Shown here: one piece after another, positions 1-12,880 of the stretch
Layout: each line of letters opens with the position of its first letter
How positions within the stretch are numbered: position 1 is the stretch's first letter
DNA from: Octopus bimaculoides
Taxonomy: Eukaryota
Direction: 5' to 3'
Assembly: GCF_001194135.2 (NCBI RefSeq)
Contig: NC_068986.1
Span: 114,425,841-114,489,840 of the forward strand
DNA: 64,000 bases
Translations under genes and position numbers: made by a program
Notes under the pieces: generated by a model
The model's input: only the letters and a program-made list of their open reading frames with translations
Databases searched by the model: none
What the model was told of the DNA's origin: nothing

Positions 1-996
1 TGTCATTTACTGGGTCTTTTAGTCTTCGCATATGAATACAGGAAATCATTTTTTCCATTTTTTCTGTTTGTGCTTCTTTAATGTTTGTTTGTTTTTTTCT
101 TCCATTTACGTACTTTTTATGTGTTTTCTTGTATTTATATTTCAACTTCAAGATTAGTCTTATCAGACTGATGTTTCACGTAAGAAATCTGAAGAAATAT
201 TCTCCTAACTCTTCCATCGTTATCGTAGTTTTTATGTTCTTATTGTTGTTGTAGTTGCTATCCCAGGTCAGCCAAAATCCAGTACATCTATGAACAGATA
301 TGTTTAAGATATCGTCTTTTTTTAGTTATTTATTTTTGCCTAGGAAAAAGTTACGCCTGTGTGGTAAATCAGTACGTAATTCTAGCTATGATCCCACTGC
401 GCGGTACATTCGGCAACTACTTTCCGCTATGTCCACAGGGTGACCAATAACACTTGAATGGAATTTGGTATACGAAAACTGTTCAAAATTCCATCGACCG
501 TGTGTGTGTGTGTGTGTCAGTGTGTGTATGCAAGCCTTTATGTCCGTATACATATATATATATATATATATATATANNNNNNNNNNNNNNNNNNNNNNNN
601 NNNNNNNNNNNNNNNNNNNNNNNNNNNNNNNNNNNNNNNNNNNNNNNNNNNNNNNNNNNNNNNNNNNNNNNNNNNNNNNNNNNNNNNNNNNNNNNNNNNN
701 NNNNNNNNNNNNNNNNNNNNNNNNNNNNNNNNNNNNNNNNNNNNNNNNNNNNNNNNNNNNNNNNNNNNNNNNNNNNNNNNNNNNNNNNNNNNNNNNNNNN
801 NNNNNNNNNNNNNNNNNNNNNNNNNNNNNNNNNNNNNNNNNNNNNNNNNNNNNNNNNNNNNNNNNNNNNNNNNNNNNNNNNNNNNNNNNNNNNNNNNNNN
901 NNNNNNNNNNNNNNNNNNNNNNNNNNNNNNNNNNNATATATATATATATATATACATCTATATACATATATTTGGACAGACGGACGGACGGACAGA

Positions 997-1001
997 CAGA
1001 T

Positions 1002-1076
<75 letters not shown>
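997..1076. repeat. (GACA/GATA)n tetranucleotide microsatellite
   Basis: Direct reading of tandem tagatagataga. Confidence 0.95.
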
Positions 1077-1358
1077 ATGCCAAAGGTAGCGTAAAGGGAC
1101 GATGTGTGTGTGTGTTTCTTTTTGACAAAGGACGACAGTTCAAAAACCCGGTGCTATGACAACATTATAATTGAAAGATAAAATAAGAAGGTGATTGAAT
1201 GAAGCCTTCAGGTTCCTCTGATTATCTGATAAAGCCTGAAGTCAGTGTCCTACCATGACCATGACTTAAAGTTGTAGAATAATTAAAGCATAGTATATTG
1301 AGTGCATAGTGAGTGTGTGTATATATTTATATATTATATATATAATATATATTGTATG

Positions 1359-1528
1359 CAGTACCGTGTTAAGCCATGGAGGCCATTGGCCAGTTGCCCT
1401 TGGGTCTCACAGACATACGGACCCAATTCTAATCTATGTGTATTGTGGTTTGCAATCAATGCATAAATTCTATAGAGCTCAGAGCATGGATTTGCTCGGG
1501 GGTTAATAATACTGCTCGGACGGCCCTG
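1359..1528. mobile_element. hAT-type MITE, 170 bp, with 8-bp TSD
   Basis: Identical 8-mer ATTGTATG at 1351-1358 and 1529-1536 flanks a unit starting CAGTACCGT and ending ACGGCCCTG (imperfect TIR, CAG...CTG termini). An 8-bp TSD with CAG termini is typical of hAT elements. Confidence 0.7.
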
Positions 1529-3040
1529 ATTGTATGTAGTTTATAATGAATGTAGTATATTTATTGTATAAATACTTTATAGGTTATGAATTAGTTAAAT
1601 CATTACATATTAGATATATCTGATATCCCAGACGCTTATCATTTCTAAAACTCACAATTCAAGTACCATTACATTCTCATCACCATCGCTTTGTTAACCA
1701 CCACCGCGAAATTGCATTTTAAGTCCCTGCTGCAACGTCAGGTGAACTGATTTGAATATTTGACACATTTTCAGCAGTTAGTTCTGTTACGTAAATTACT
1801 CATGCGCTTGCAGTGTTTATTTTACATGCTAAACTTTAAACAGAGTATACCCATTAATCTCAGCCGTCAATGCACTCATAAATTATGAAGAGACTATCAC
1901 GACACTTGAAACAGCCGTCCTGTCCATTTCCGTTTCTCTGACCATGGTGAGGTTGCATAAAAATCGACAGATGTTTACGACTACCTCATGTATTAAATAA
2001 CTTTAATAAATTTTATTAATTTATTTATGAGTATAGAGATTACTAAAATCTATGGATATACCCTATTCTAAAGCTAAGTACAGCATATATTGTACATAAG
2101 ATATCTTGAATAGAGAGCATGTAGTACATATATTGTACACAGTACATAGACTGTATGTAGTATACATTTACTGCTGATAGACTGAATGTGTACTAAGAAT
2201 TCAATTAATCGACTAAGGAGAAGAAGATATTAACTTATCATTTCAATACAGCCAATCAAGACAATACAAAACTATGAATATGTTTCGGTCATATATGTGT
2301 GTATAAGTGTATGTATGTACGTATATATGTATGCACGTATGTATGTATGTATGTATGTATGTATGTATGTGTGTACGTATGTACGTACGTATAGATAGAC
2401 AGACAGATAGNNNNNNNNNNNNNNNNNNNNNNNNNNNNNNNNNNNNNNNNNNNNNNNNNNNNNNNNNNNNNNNNNNNNNNNNNNNNNNNNNNNNNNNNNN
2501 NNNNNNNNNNNNNNNNNNNNNNNNNNNNNNNNNNNNNNNNNNNNNNNNNNNNNNNNNNNNNNNNNNNNNNNNNNNNNNNNNNNNNNNNNNNNNNNNNNNN
2601 NNNNNNNNNNNNNNNNNNNNNNNNNNNNNNNNNNNNNNNNNNNNNNNNNNNNNNNNNNNNNNNNNNNNNNNNNNNNNNNNNNNNNNNNNNNNNNNNNNNN
2701 NNNNNNNNNNNNNNNNNNNNNNNNNNNNNNNNNNNNNNNNNNNNNNNNNNNNNNNNNNNNNNNNNNNNNNNNNNNNNNNNNNNNNNNNNNNNNNNNNNNN
2801 NNNNNNNNNNNNNNNNNNNNNNNNNNNNNNNNNNNNNNNNNNNNNNNNNNNNNNNNNNNNNNNNNNNNNNNNNNNNNNNNNNNNNNNNNNNNNNNNNNNN
2901 NNNNNNNNNNNNNNNNNNNNNNNNNNNNNNNNNNNNNNNNNNNNNNNNNNNNNNNNNNNNNNNNNNNNNNNNNNNNNNNNNNNNNNNNNNNNNNNNNNNN
3001 NNNNNNNNNNNNNNNNNNNNNNNNNNNNNNNTATATATAT

Positions 3041-3673
3041 TCAATAATAATAAAGGGTAAAATTAATTAATTAATTAATTAATTAGTAATTAATAATTCT
3101 ACCAAGTAGTTCGGTATGTTAAAATAACCTTTATCGGTAACCTTATACAAAAATTCTGTAATTATAAGCATACTTATAATTAGGATTCAGCAAATTGCTT
3201 CACCACATACCGAAATTTAGAAATAGCAGTTAAATACTATTCCTCTACCATAAGATATCTCCTAGACACCAATACTCTCAATTCACGTAGGTAAAGAGAA
3301 AAACTAACGAATCCACCTGGCTTTAATCAATTACAGACGCGTTTCTGGATTAAAGAGATGTAAAATTTTATTTTTACTCACTTATTTCCGTCTTCAGTGT
3401 AGTATTTCAATTGTAAATTTGAGAGTACTAATAATTAAAATACGTATTCGATCAAGCGACATCGAATAGCTAATATCCAAAAACCAGCACTTCCGAATTT
3501 ATACAGAGTGAGAACTCGCATTCTTCCCCAATCACCCACGTGTGTTACGAGTAATCCCGCAGAAACTGCAGTTTACTATCAGGGAGTGAATTATATTTTC
3601 AATAATAATAAAGGGTAAAATTAATTAGTTAATTAATAATTAATAATTTTACCAAGTAATTCGGTATGTTAAA
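3041..3673. mobile_element. Unit bounded by ~80-bp direct repeats, possibly a Penelope-like pseudo-LTR remnant
   Basis: caataataataaagggtaaaattaatt...accaagta(g/a)ttcggtatgttaaa occurs at 3041-3123 and 3599-3673. The interior holds a hammerhead half-core on the minus strand (3331-3363). The family assignment is inference. Confidence 0.4.
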
Positions 3674-3689
3674 CTAATACAACAAACAG

Positions 3690-3830
3690 TTGTATTAGTT
3701 TAACGCTCGGGAAGGTGAGAAAGTCTTTTACGTTTCGAGCCTACGCTCTTCAATACAAAGGAACACGAGAAAATAAAGAGAGAGAGAATAAAAAAAAGCT
3801 TTTGTGGCTAGCGATATGTATCTACATGTA
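3690..3830 (-). mobile_element. Short dispersed repeat H1 (hammerhead-like motif carrier), copy 1
   Basis: Minus strand gaagagcgtaggctcgaaacgtaaaagact...ttaaactaatac matches the copies at ~5060-5130 and ~60220-60290. Confidence 0.6.
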
Positions 3831-4098
3831 TATATATATATATACACACATGCATAATAATTATAACGATAGAGAATATGGAGACTGGTACGTCCTCAAA
3901 ATTTATTTCCTTTTCTTTTACAGTGTCATAAGGCATATTTTCGTGGTTACGACGACCTACACGTGTTTCCGCTGAATAGAGTATGAGTAGATGCACGTGC
4001 AATGCTCGATTTATTTAAGCTGTTTTGTTCATATTAACATTATATAAAACTGAGATAGAGACAGAGTGAGTGAGTGAGTGCATGTGTGTGTGTTTGAA

Positions 4099-4101
<3 letters not shown>

Positions 4102-4174
<73 letters not shown>
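4102..4174. repeat. (TG)n microsatellite
   Basis: Direct reading. Confidence 0.95.
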
Positions 4175-4178
<4 letters not shown>

Positions 4179-4989
4179 AGTGCCCACTACCTGCCGTGCC
4201 GTTCTTCGCAATCAGGGGTTAAGTATGTTGGTTAGATGTCTTAAAATTATATTGCTAAATTTAATTTAGGGCTAAACAAGTAACTAAGTGAATCACATCT
4301 GGAATATCTAGACGACTTGTGATAAACATTTCGAATGTTCTTTATGTGGCGTGTTTCAGGTGTATTCCTTCCTGTTTCGGTATTTCACATAGGTATATGT
4401 TCATAGCACTGGCTACCTTATGTAAATATTTCACTAAGAGAGACTAAAATTATAGTCTAAATTCATGTTTCTAATACACACATACAAGACGAAGCAGAGA
4501 GAAAGAGAGAAACAGTGAGTGAGTGAACGTGTGGTGGAAGGGTAGGGATCGAGAGAGGGAGTAGGCGAACGAGTGAGAAGGAGCGTGCGCTGAGTATCTG
4601 TCAACAAATTTTAGTAAGTTACAAACTGAAAACGATCTAATAACTTAATTTTGTGCGGAACGGACCCAATTTTAACTTCCGAGGTATTTCTCTCTTATTT
4701 TTTCCCAGACGTATAAACAGTGACATTGTTCCAGATTTCAATATGAAACAGGAAATGAACAGCCACGCTGTGCTTGGATATCACCACCTTTTGGAACGTG
4801 GCCACATCCTTTGTTTTCAAGATCACGAAAGAGCTAGAGGTCTCGAATAAAGACATGTCAAACGTGACCAAAAGAAAGATGTATTCTCACTTGTCAGGCA
4901 TATTATATCATATTATATTACATGTATTTCTCACTGTGCATCACGCCTCCACCCACTTCCTTCCAGCGAATCCAACATGTGTAGCACTT

Positions 4990-5180
4990 AATTTAGACAC
5001 GTGTTTTTATCTCTCCATTATCCTTTTTCTCTCTTCATCTGTTTTCTCTCCTCATGCCTTTCTGTAGAAGAACATAGGCTCGAAGCGTCAAAGACACCTT
5101 ATTTTTTTTCCAGAGCATCAAACTAATACACCCTGTTAGCCTGTTTGTTGTTCCCTTAACTTTTGGTTTTTTTATTTTTT
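4990..5180 (+). mobile_element. Short dispersed repeat H1, copy 2 (degenerate)
   Basis: ctttctgtagaagaacataggctcgaagcgtcaaagac...caaactaatacacc is similar to copies 1 and 3. Confidence 0.55.
5058..5093 (+). ncRNA. Degenerate minimal type I hammerhead-like motif
   Basis: Stem I CTTT/AAAG, core CTGTAGA, extra A, stem II GAAC-atag-GCTC (one mismatch), GAAGC, GTC cleavage triplet. Confidence 0.35.
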
Positions 5181-5322
5181 ATCCTTTTCAACCGTGTGTG
5201 TATGTGTGTGTATGTGTGTGCACGCGCGCACGTTTATATGTATATGTATCAGGCTGAGTATGAAGTAAGCAATGCTTCGAAACATAAAATTCATCGCAAT
5301 ATATTTCAACAACGCGGAAATT

Positions 5323-6330
5323 TTATTCATCAAAGTAAGTACCATTACAATCAACACATTTTTACCAACGAGTTACAAGTTTGTTTATTCCGGTAACATA
5401 AAAATCTGGAATTCTGGAGTTGATGAGCTCTTTCAGTGATCGCACTTTCAGCATCGGTTTCATTTCTTAACTCCTTCTCTCGCAGGAAACCATCAAGGTG
5501 CTTGAAAAAGTGGTAGTAGGTAGGAGAAAGGGCTGGGGAATGAGCTGGGTAGGGAAGAACTTCGTAGCCAAGATCCCTCAACTTCTGGAGCGTCATAAGT
5601 GAAACGCGTGGTCAAGCATTGTCATGAAGTATGATTAGCCCTCATCTGTTGACCAGTCTGAGACGGAGGAGTAGCAGTTTTTCGTTCATTTTGGCAATTT
5701 CATGGCAATAAGTTTCTGTAGTAATGGTTTTTCCGGGTTTTAAGAAGTTATAGTGGATGAGTCCAGCAGTACACCACCAAACAGTTACCATAACCTTTTT
5801 TTGAAGAGCGCAGGTTTAGGGAATGTCTTCGGTGCTTCATTTTGGCCCGACCATTTCAAAGAACATATTTTTATTATTGTACACAATTCACTTTTCATCG
5901 CAAGTTACAATACGGTTGAAAAATGGATCGGTCTGGTTACGGAGAACTGACGACCAAATTTCATATCTGCGCGTTTTCTAATTTTCATTCAAATCGTGTA
6001 GTACCCATTTGTCGAGCTTTTTTGATTTTCCGATCGCATGCAAATGGTTAAAGGCAGTTTTCTGGCTAACTTGAAGTTCTGTTTCTATTTCTCGAGTGGT
6101 TTTACGTGGATTTTTCACAATGACGGTCTTTAATTGACCGTCATTGATAACAGATGGGCGTCCACTACGCTCACGATATTTTTCAGATCTCTACTGCGAA
6201 ACTGACCACTCACTGGTCATTTTCTAACCAAGCGTTTCGTTGATATCGCGAGCAGTTTCAGCTACTTTACGTCCTTTTTTTGAAGCCGAATAGCAAAATT
6301 GCTCGAATATCGCGGCTTTGATAGTTCCAT
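5323..6330 (-). mobile_element. Near full-length, inactivated mariner (DD34D, Hsmar1/cecropia-like) transposase
   Basis: Minus-strand translation gives KKLDKWVLHDL, PFFNRIVTCDEK, KKVMVTVWWCTAGLIHYNFLKPGKTIT, ILHDNA, LGYEVLPYPAHSPALSPTYYHFFKHLD and KCVDCNGTYFDE*. Multiple stops and frameshifts; the third catalytic Asp is replaced by Tyr. Confidence 0.93.
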
Positions 6331-7644
6331 TTCAGATGAATGTAACAACGGTGAAAAAAATATCAGTGTTAATTTATTGATGCATTAGGGCAAGTCTCTG
6401 TGTATATATCAGACAATTGGAAAAAAATGTTTAAAAAATTCAAAACTTTGCAAAAGTCCAGAACAAATTCTTCATGGTTCAAAACGTTGTTTGCTTTTTT
6501 ACTCAACCTGATACGAACAAATAATACATTAAGTAATAAAATGCATATACAAAGAGAACATTATGAGTGTGTTATATTTGCATTTTCATCAATCATTCTG
6601 AATGTATTTATTTTTGTATGATTACATTTGTACGTTTGTGTGTATATTTATCTATTTACTTATTTATGCGTGAGTGTGTATCTGCGTGTGCGCGTCTATG
6701 CATGTGTACAGCTATAGCTGTCTGAATTTATGTATATATATAAACTAAGAGAGAGGAGACAAAGTAATACCAAATATGAAAGAATGCGAATGTGCGTCGC
6801 TTTTATGCGGCAGGATGGGTTTCTACGTGAGTGTGTGTGTGTCTGTGTGTGTGTGTGTGTGTGTGTGTAAATAATTAAATTAACCTAACTATGTTCAGAG
6901 AGACTAGGAAATGGGAAGAAATGGGAGATATGAAGAAACAGATGGAAATATATACATTCATATATATACATTCATATATATACATTCATATATATACATT
7001 CATATACAAACAAACATATGAAAGTGTGTGAAGGTTTGTATGATTAATTATACGTGCGACTGCTTGTTTGTGCATGTGTGTGTGTGCGCATAATGCACGT
7101 GTGTTTGTGTGTGTGCTGCACGTGTGTTTGTGTGTGTTTATGTTTATTTAATTATTGCTAAAATGCTTGCCATATTTAGTAATTGCGGTTCATAAAACCG
7201 ATCTTTGATATAAGATATAAAATTATGGTGTTTATTTATTGCTTTTATTTTTTGTTCATATTTATTTATTTAAGACTAATAATTGTGTAGGAGTGGGGTT
7301 TGTGAATGGATTGAACTGGAAATGAGGTAATTTGAAATGTACATTGTGTAGAATGGGAAATACTGTATGTCCTTGGTATATAATGTGTTCTAGAATTGTC
7401 TGCAACAATTGGTTATAATTCCTGCCATATGTTAGTTGACCGTTACTGTGGAAACTAGGATCAAGTCAATGTTAATTTATGCATACATACATATATATAT
7501 ACACACACACACGTACACACACATACATATATAGAGAGAGAAAGACTGACAGAAGATAAAGACGAATTGGTATTGGTACATGTGTGGGGGTGAGTGTGGG
7601 AGGGGGTGATTATTTAATTTTATTTCAAGATTCCTTGGAAATAA

Positions 7645-7970
7645 AAAAGAGCCGGTTTCTAACCTAGATCCATGGCTCCTTCGTTGAAACTTCACCAACA
7701 CCGACAAGTTATCTTTGTATGTATGTGTATGTGTGCAGTATTTACAGTCAGCGCATGTGTAGATTTGTGTTTTGTTTTATGAATATAGATGCATGTGGAG
7801 ATATGTGCATATATATTTCAATGGTAAATTTCTGAAAAGTTTTACAGAATATTACAGTTCCAGTGATGGCTTAAATCTATAATCTTCGAATCAGCTTTCT
7901 CCTTTCTGGATTTGAGAAGCCTAATTTCTAAAGATTGATGTTGAAGCAGTTTGTTACATATCCGAGTGTT
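7645..7970 (-). mobile_element. 3' end fragment of R4/Dong-like RLE retrotransposon
   Basis: Same block order as 13735-14060: ccggtttctaacctagatcc, a TATG-like spacer, then ggtaaa(c/t)ttctg...aatcagctttctcctttctgg...gagaagcctaatttct. Confidence 0.75.
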
Positions 7971-8582
7971 CTGTATGGATGGATGTGTGTGAGTGCTGTG
8001 TGAGTGCGTGTGTGTGTATGTGTGTGTGTGTGTGTGTGTGTCCTAGTTATGACAGTAAACGGCATCGAGTGGTGAGATTCTAGTTCGGGAGTTTTAGAGT
8101 TATGGGAAGCTTGGAGTCATCCTTTAATTACCTGCCAGGTTCCCGTCTATATGTTAAATAGAATTCCGAGGGGTAGAGGAGGTTCCCATTATTTTTGAAA
8201 AAGCGATAGGGAAGGCAGATCTTCTGGGAGAAAAATACTTTGACATAACATTTGTAGTCAAAATAGTACCAGCCATTTTTTAATGCTTGTCGCTGGAACC
8301 TATGGCCATCGAGAGACAGACAAAAGGGTTGTGCCAGCTTTTGTCACTTAAATCCAATGGCGTACATATGTCTATTATTTCATTTCTTAATCCATTTTGT
8401 ATTTTATAAAGTACTATGGATGAAAGAAAATCAAACAAACTATGAGATGAAACTCACCTCACAAAATGAGGCAAGCATTATCATCATCTTATATATATAT
8501 ATATATATATATNNNNNNNNNNNNNNNNNNNNNNNNNNNNNNNNNNNNNNNNNNNNNNNNNNNNNNNNNNNNNNNNNNNNNN

Positions 8583-8616
<34 letters not shown>

Positions 8617-9581
8617 AAATAATGATGAATCGATATAGATAAACAGTCAGACAGAGAAAGTTAGGTACATACGTGCATACATGCTCACACACACGCATAC
8701 ATAATTTTTTAAAATTTATTTATGTATAGGGAAACTGATAAAAGTTTGGTACAATGCTATATTTCTTTTTATTGAAAAAAAAATCTCACATCATCGTATA
8801 TTTAGTTATTACTAGTTAAGCGAAGAAGAACACGTGCATTCTTGCACGCACTTGTTCAGTAGCATTGCTGACTTGCCGAATTATGTGGAACAGCTGCTTT
8901 TGCGTGTAAAACACATCCGGCTTTCAGTCAATCCATTGTGAGTATTGCACCACCGCTTCTTATTGGCTGGAAAAGAAAAGTAATTTTCCTCAGTTTGGTG
9001 CCATGACGGAAAAGTATGTCTAATGCATATGATTAAAGAGATTGAAGATAGACGTTTCCCTCTTTGGTCATACTCTTTCTTCGGCTTCTTCAAATTCTTC
9101 CGAGAGAAAGGGATGTGTGGCGAATGAGATTTTGCATCCAGTAAGTAAATTTGCTTAAAAAAAAAGCAAGTGAGACTGGCGAGTATAGCCCCGAAGGAAT
9201 GGGGTTACCATCAGTATAAGCCTGAGGATACAATGAGGAAAGAGTATTTACTCCTGAAAGTTTAAGTAACCTACAACGATAAGATTCAGTGATTGTCCCT
9301 TGGTTGTGACCCTGAATTGGAGCGTCTATTGTATTTTGTTGGTCTCCATGCATGGTTTTCTACATATAGGCGCAGGCGTGGCCGTGTGCTAAGAAGTTTG
9401 CTTTCCAACTTAGTTTTATTAAAGAATAATAGAAAATAACAACCGACCAGGACAGCACAGAGTATCAAACAGTGAACCAATGAAAACAGAGGACATATTA
9501 CAAGAGTCTTATTCATTCAATTCAATATATTACATTTCAGTCATGCATTTACTCTTCCATTTCTAAAGTCACTTCTGTAAG

Positions 9582-9686
9582 ATTCATGGAAAATTACATA
9601 TGGAAAACATCCGAACATTACATCTGAACACCATAGCTGCAGCCGGAGGGATTACAACATCAGCTTCATGCAAATGTCGCCATAAG
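9582..9686 (+). CDS. Candidate 105-bp phase-0 exon (IHGKLHMENIRTLHLNTIAAAGGITTSASCKCRHK), unidentified
   Basis: Pyrimidine-rich acceptor ...cacttctgtaag|ATT and donor AAG|gtacat with an open frame. No recognisable homology, so it could be chance. Confidence 0.15.
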
Positions 9687-10357
9687 GTACATATTCTTCA
9701 TTCATGCATCATTCCTAACAACTTTCATATTTTCATTTCCATCAATTTAATGATTGCTCTACTTTCTATGTCGACCGTTTGGCATGAGAATTAGCCATAA
9801 GTTGCAGAAATTACCATCTCTATACACATCCTCAAGGACAGTTATGGGGATAGAATTACAATCAATCTCCATCACACAATGAATATACTTCATTCCTTAT
9901 CATTCATTTTCCTTTTCCTACTTCAAAAATTACTTCTCATTTTTTAGATTTCCGTAAAGACTTATAAATAGAATTCAAACTAAGTTATTTATCAATACCG
10001 GATAAAAACCAGAAGGGATTACTGTATCAAATACCACAAATTGCCAGAATGCCTTTGATCATAATCATTCTAACCTTGATCACCCTATCTTTTCATGTTA
10101 TATATAGACTACACTATGCCATGATTCCTTAAGACGATAGGGTGAGACCTGATTATAATTCGATCACAAACCATGCAGAGGTACCAAATGTCAAAAACTA
10201 TCTGAAATTAAAGGGAAGTGCATAAGCATGAAAGAAACTCACTGATTGGATTCGTGGTATTTTTATTGAAAAGTGTCGACTACAGGAATATATAATGCAA
10301 TGACATCAAGGCAAAACACTATCTTCGAGATAATGCGCTCGCACTGGTATCTATTTA

Positions 10358-10770
10358 AAGGGTGGAATTGGTAGAATCGTTAGAGCGTTAGATAACATTC
10401 TGAGTTCAAATACTGCCGTTGGCAACTTTACCTTTTTTATTTTCTCCCAGGCTCGATATAATGAAATACCAGTCAAGTACAGATGATGATTTAGTCGATA
10501 GTCCTTGCCCACTCAATTTCTGCCAATGTGCTTATATTAGAAAATATAAGAACGGTGGAATGATCAGAAAGTGCAGCGGACGATTGGCAGTAGGATTAGT
10601 GCGTTGGACAATGTAAAATACCTTCTGGTATTTATTGCAGCTCTTTACGTTCAGAGCTCAAATCCCGCCGAGGTTAATTTCGTCCTTCATCTGTTTGGAG
10701 TCGATAAATTAAGTAACAGTTGATCCCTGAAATTGATGTAATCGACTTTCTTCCTCTAAAATTACTGGTC
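10358..10770 (+). mobile_element. Two degenerate tandem copies of SINE family A
   Basis: ttggtagaatcgttag...gagttcaaat and ttggcagtagg...ctcaaatcccgccgagg...gtcgataaattaagta...gatgtaatcgact align by eye to the intact copy at 56010-56241. Confidence 0.55.
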
Positions 10771-11047
10771 TTGGCTCAAAATTTGAATAATTATCATTAT
10801 TAACAGAATTAAATCTGGCAGATGCATAATCAGTAGAGTACAAGATGGTTTTGTGATATTTCGTTCCCAGTGTTCAAATCATCTCGCTGTAAATTTCACC
10901 TTTCACGCAGTTATATATCGTGGGTGGATACAATAAAATATGCACCGCAGTTGCCATCATCATCAGCATCAGCATCATTCTCATCACCACCACCATCTTA
11001 ATCGTACATCATCCTAATCCTCATCGCTAGTTTTATAGCATAGTAAA

Positions 11048-11240
11048 TGAAGGCGCATGGCTTAATAGTTAGGATGTCGCACTCACGATCGTAAGATCGT
11101 AGTTTCGATCCCCAGTTCACTCATCTGTAATAGCTGGGAAGTTAACCCAGCGATGAACTGACGTCTTGTTCAGAGGGAAGTGCTGTAATCATTCATTCAC
11201 TCCAATGCCATGGAAGCGGAGTGAAGTTCGGATCTTATGA
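11048..11240 (+). mobile_element. Degenerate tRNA-derived SINE head related to family C
   Basis: gaaggcgcatggcttaatagttagg...gatcgtagtttcgatcccc resembles the A/B-box head of 26788-27164. Confidence 0.5.
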
Positions 11241-12149
11241 GTTACAGAGCTCATGACAGAGCTAAGTCTAAGACGAGGAAAATCAGCAACCATGACTTTT
11301 TTTTTTCTGTCGCCTCCGAAACATGGGCGCCTGTCACAAATCCTTATAACAGAAAGGACCCCGATGCAAGTATCCCAGGGACAGGTAATCGTGTTAAGCA
11401 GCAACGGATTTATATATTAATGTAGAGCCCTGTTCTTTTATTGACAGCTGATTCTCACGATTCACTACTTGAAATGTTACGTTTGCGTAGGTCAGGCAAA
11501 CAATGGTGAGAATAATATTCCATTAAGAAATACATGGCGAGGACAGCACGATGGAGATGAGCAAAGCATTTGGATGCAATCGCTGCCTCAATTCGTTGAC
11601 GATGTGGGTAATTTTATTTTGTATTTAAGGAGCGTGGGCTTTGTTATTCAAGGCATCGTTTTGAAAGATGCATGAATGACTGATACAAGCAAGGTATACA
11701 ACGTCTGAGAGAAGAAGCTGTGTTATAATTTTTTTTTTTTTGCGTCAAAACGTACATATATACACATACTTATACTTACATATGCAAACACACACACACA
11801 CAAACACATCAAGACCGCTTTGTGTTTACAAGATAGGACTAACTCTTAGCGTTTATTTGAAAGATAGCCTCAAACAACATAATTATTATTTTTGAAATGT
11901 TTAAAAATTTTTTTTTTTAATTTCTGAATTCACAATACAAATTTGATTGATTCACTTCGAATTTTGATTAATAATTAATATAAATCTGTCTGTGTTGATT
12001 TTAGAAATAATAAACTAGTTGTCCATTGAAACATTTGTAACCATTTTCCATTTGGTATTTGAATTTCGTTAAAGTGGATATTGTTTTTCTTCCTTCCGAA
12101 ATAAAGTACCAGTTATGTAATGGTTCGATGTAATCATCTATAAACCCGT

Positions 12150-12880
12150 CCTGTTACCTGAAATAATTCGAGCAATATCAGATGTCAATATTAGTTCATT
12201 TATTGACGTTCATTCAAGGCGATCTGCAGTGTTATTTCATCTGGTGTCAAGTCATGTACAGAAGACACCGCTTCATTATAAACAAAGTGGATTTCAGTCA
12301 TTCGATCATGAGTATTCAGTTGTTCGAGCAATTGAATAATGCACTCCAGGTTTATATACAAAGCGGTCGCAATGAATAGGTCTTTATATATTTACCTGCA
12401 TTTTGTCCTAAATCTATTTTGTAACTAAGATATTTTCGACACTGCTTCGGGCCTTTGAGAAGCTGCAGGTATACTGTTTTCTTGTATTGACAGGACTATT
12501 CATTTAAGTATGACATTGACAAAAATCTTCACAGCAATTTGCAGAAGAGCTTTCTCCTACTATTGGAACAAGCAGATCTGTCTCCCTTATTTTGTAGATA
12601 ATGGCGATGTTAGTCTACTTCCAATGTTGAGTTATATACACATGCTTTCATAATTCTGTGACTTAAGGCTGAAGCACCCTTGTATAGAGGTACACGTTCA
12701 TCTAAAAGATCTCTGCCAGGACATTGTCCGGTTCAGAAGATTTTCTTATGTTGATATAGGACTATTTTCAGCAAAGATCGACGGTTCGTCAAGGTGGTGG
12801 ATGATGGACATTTCACAAAATTTCTTCATAACTGCTATTTTGAAATTGGTGGAATGTTCCTGCTGACGTTTAATCTTTGA
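12150..12880 (-). mobile_element. Decayed RTE-clade LINE reverse-transcriptase fragment
   Basis: Minus-strand pieces KSSEPDNVLAEIF, YKIRETDLL/KGDRSACSNS (frameshifted IYKNKGDRSDCxNYRG-like), KIFVNVILK, RSSVENILV and KDLFIA follow the RTE RT N-terminal motif order. Confidence 0.65.

Noticed and set aside
150-230. ctgatg/gaaac-containing segment near the window start
   Set aside because: I could not assemble hammerhead topology on either strand.
386-3047. Long ORFs of 139-251 aa in the track (also at 31847-32662, 39182-40176, 40787-41080, 61922-62720)
   Set aside because: They are open only because they run through N gaps and (TA)/(TG)/(AG) repeats; not coding evidence.
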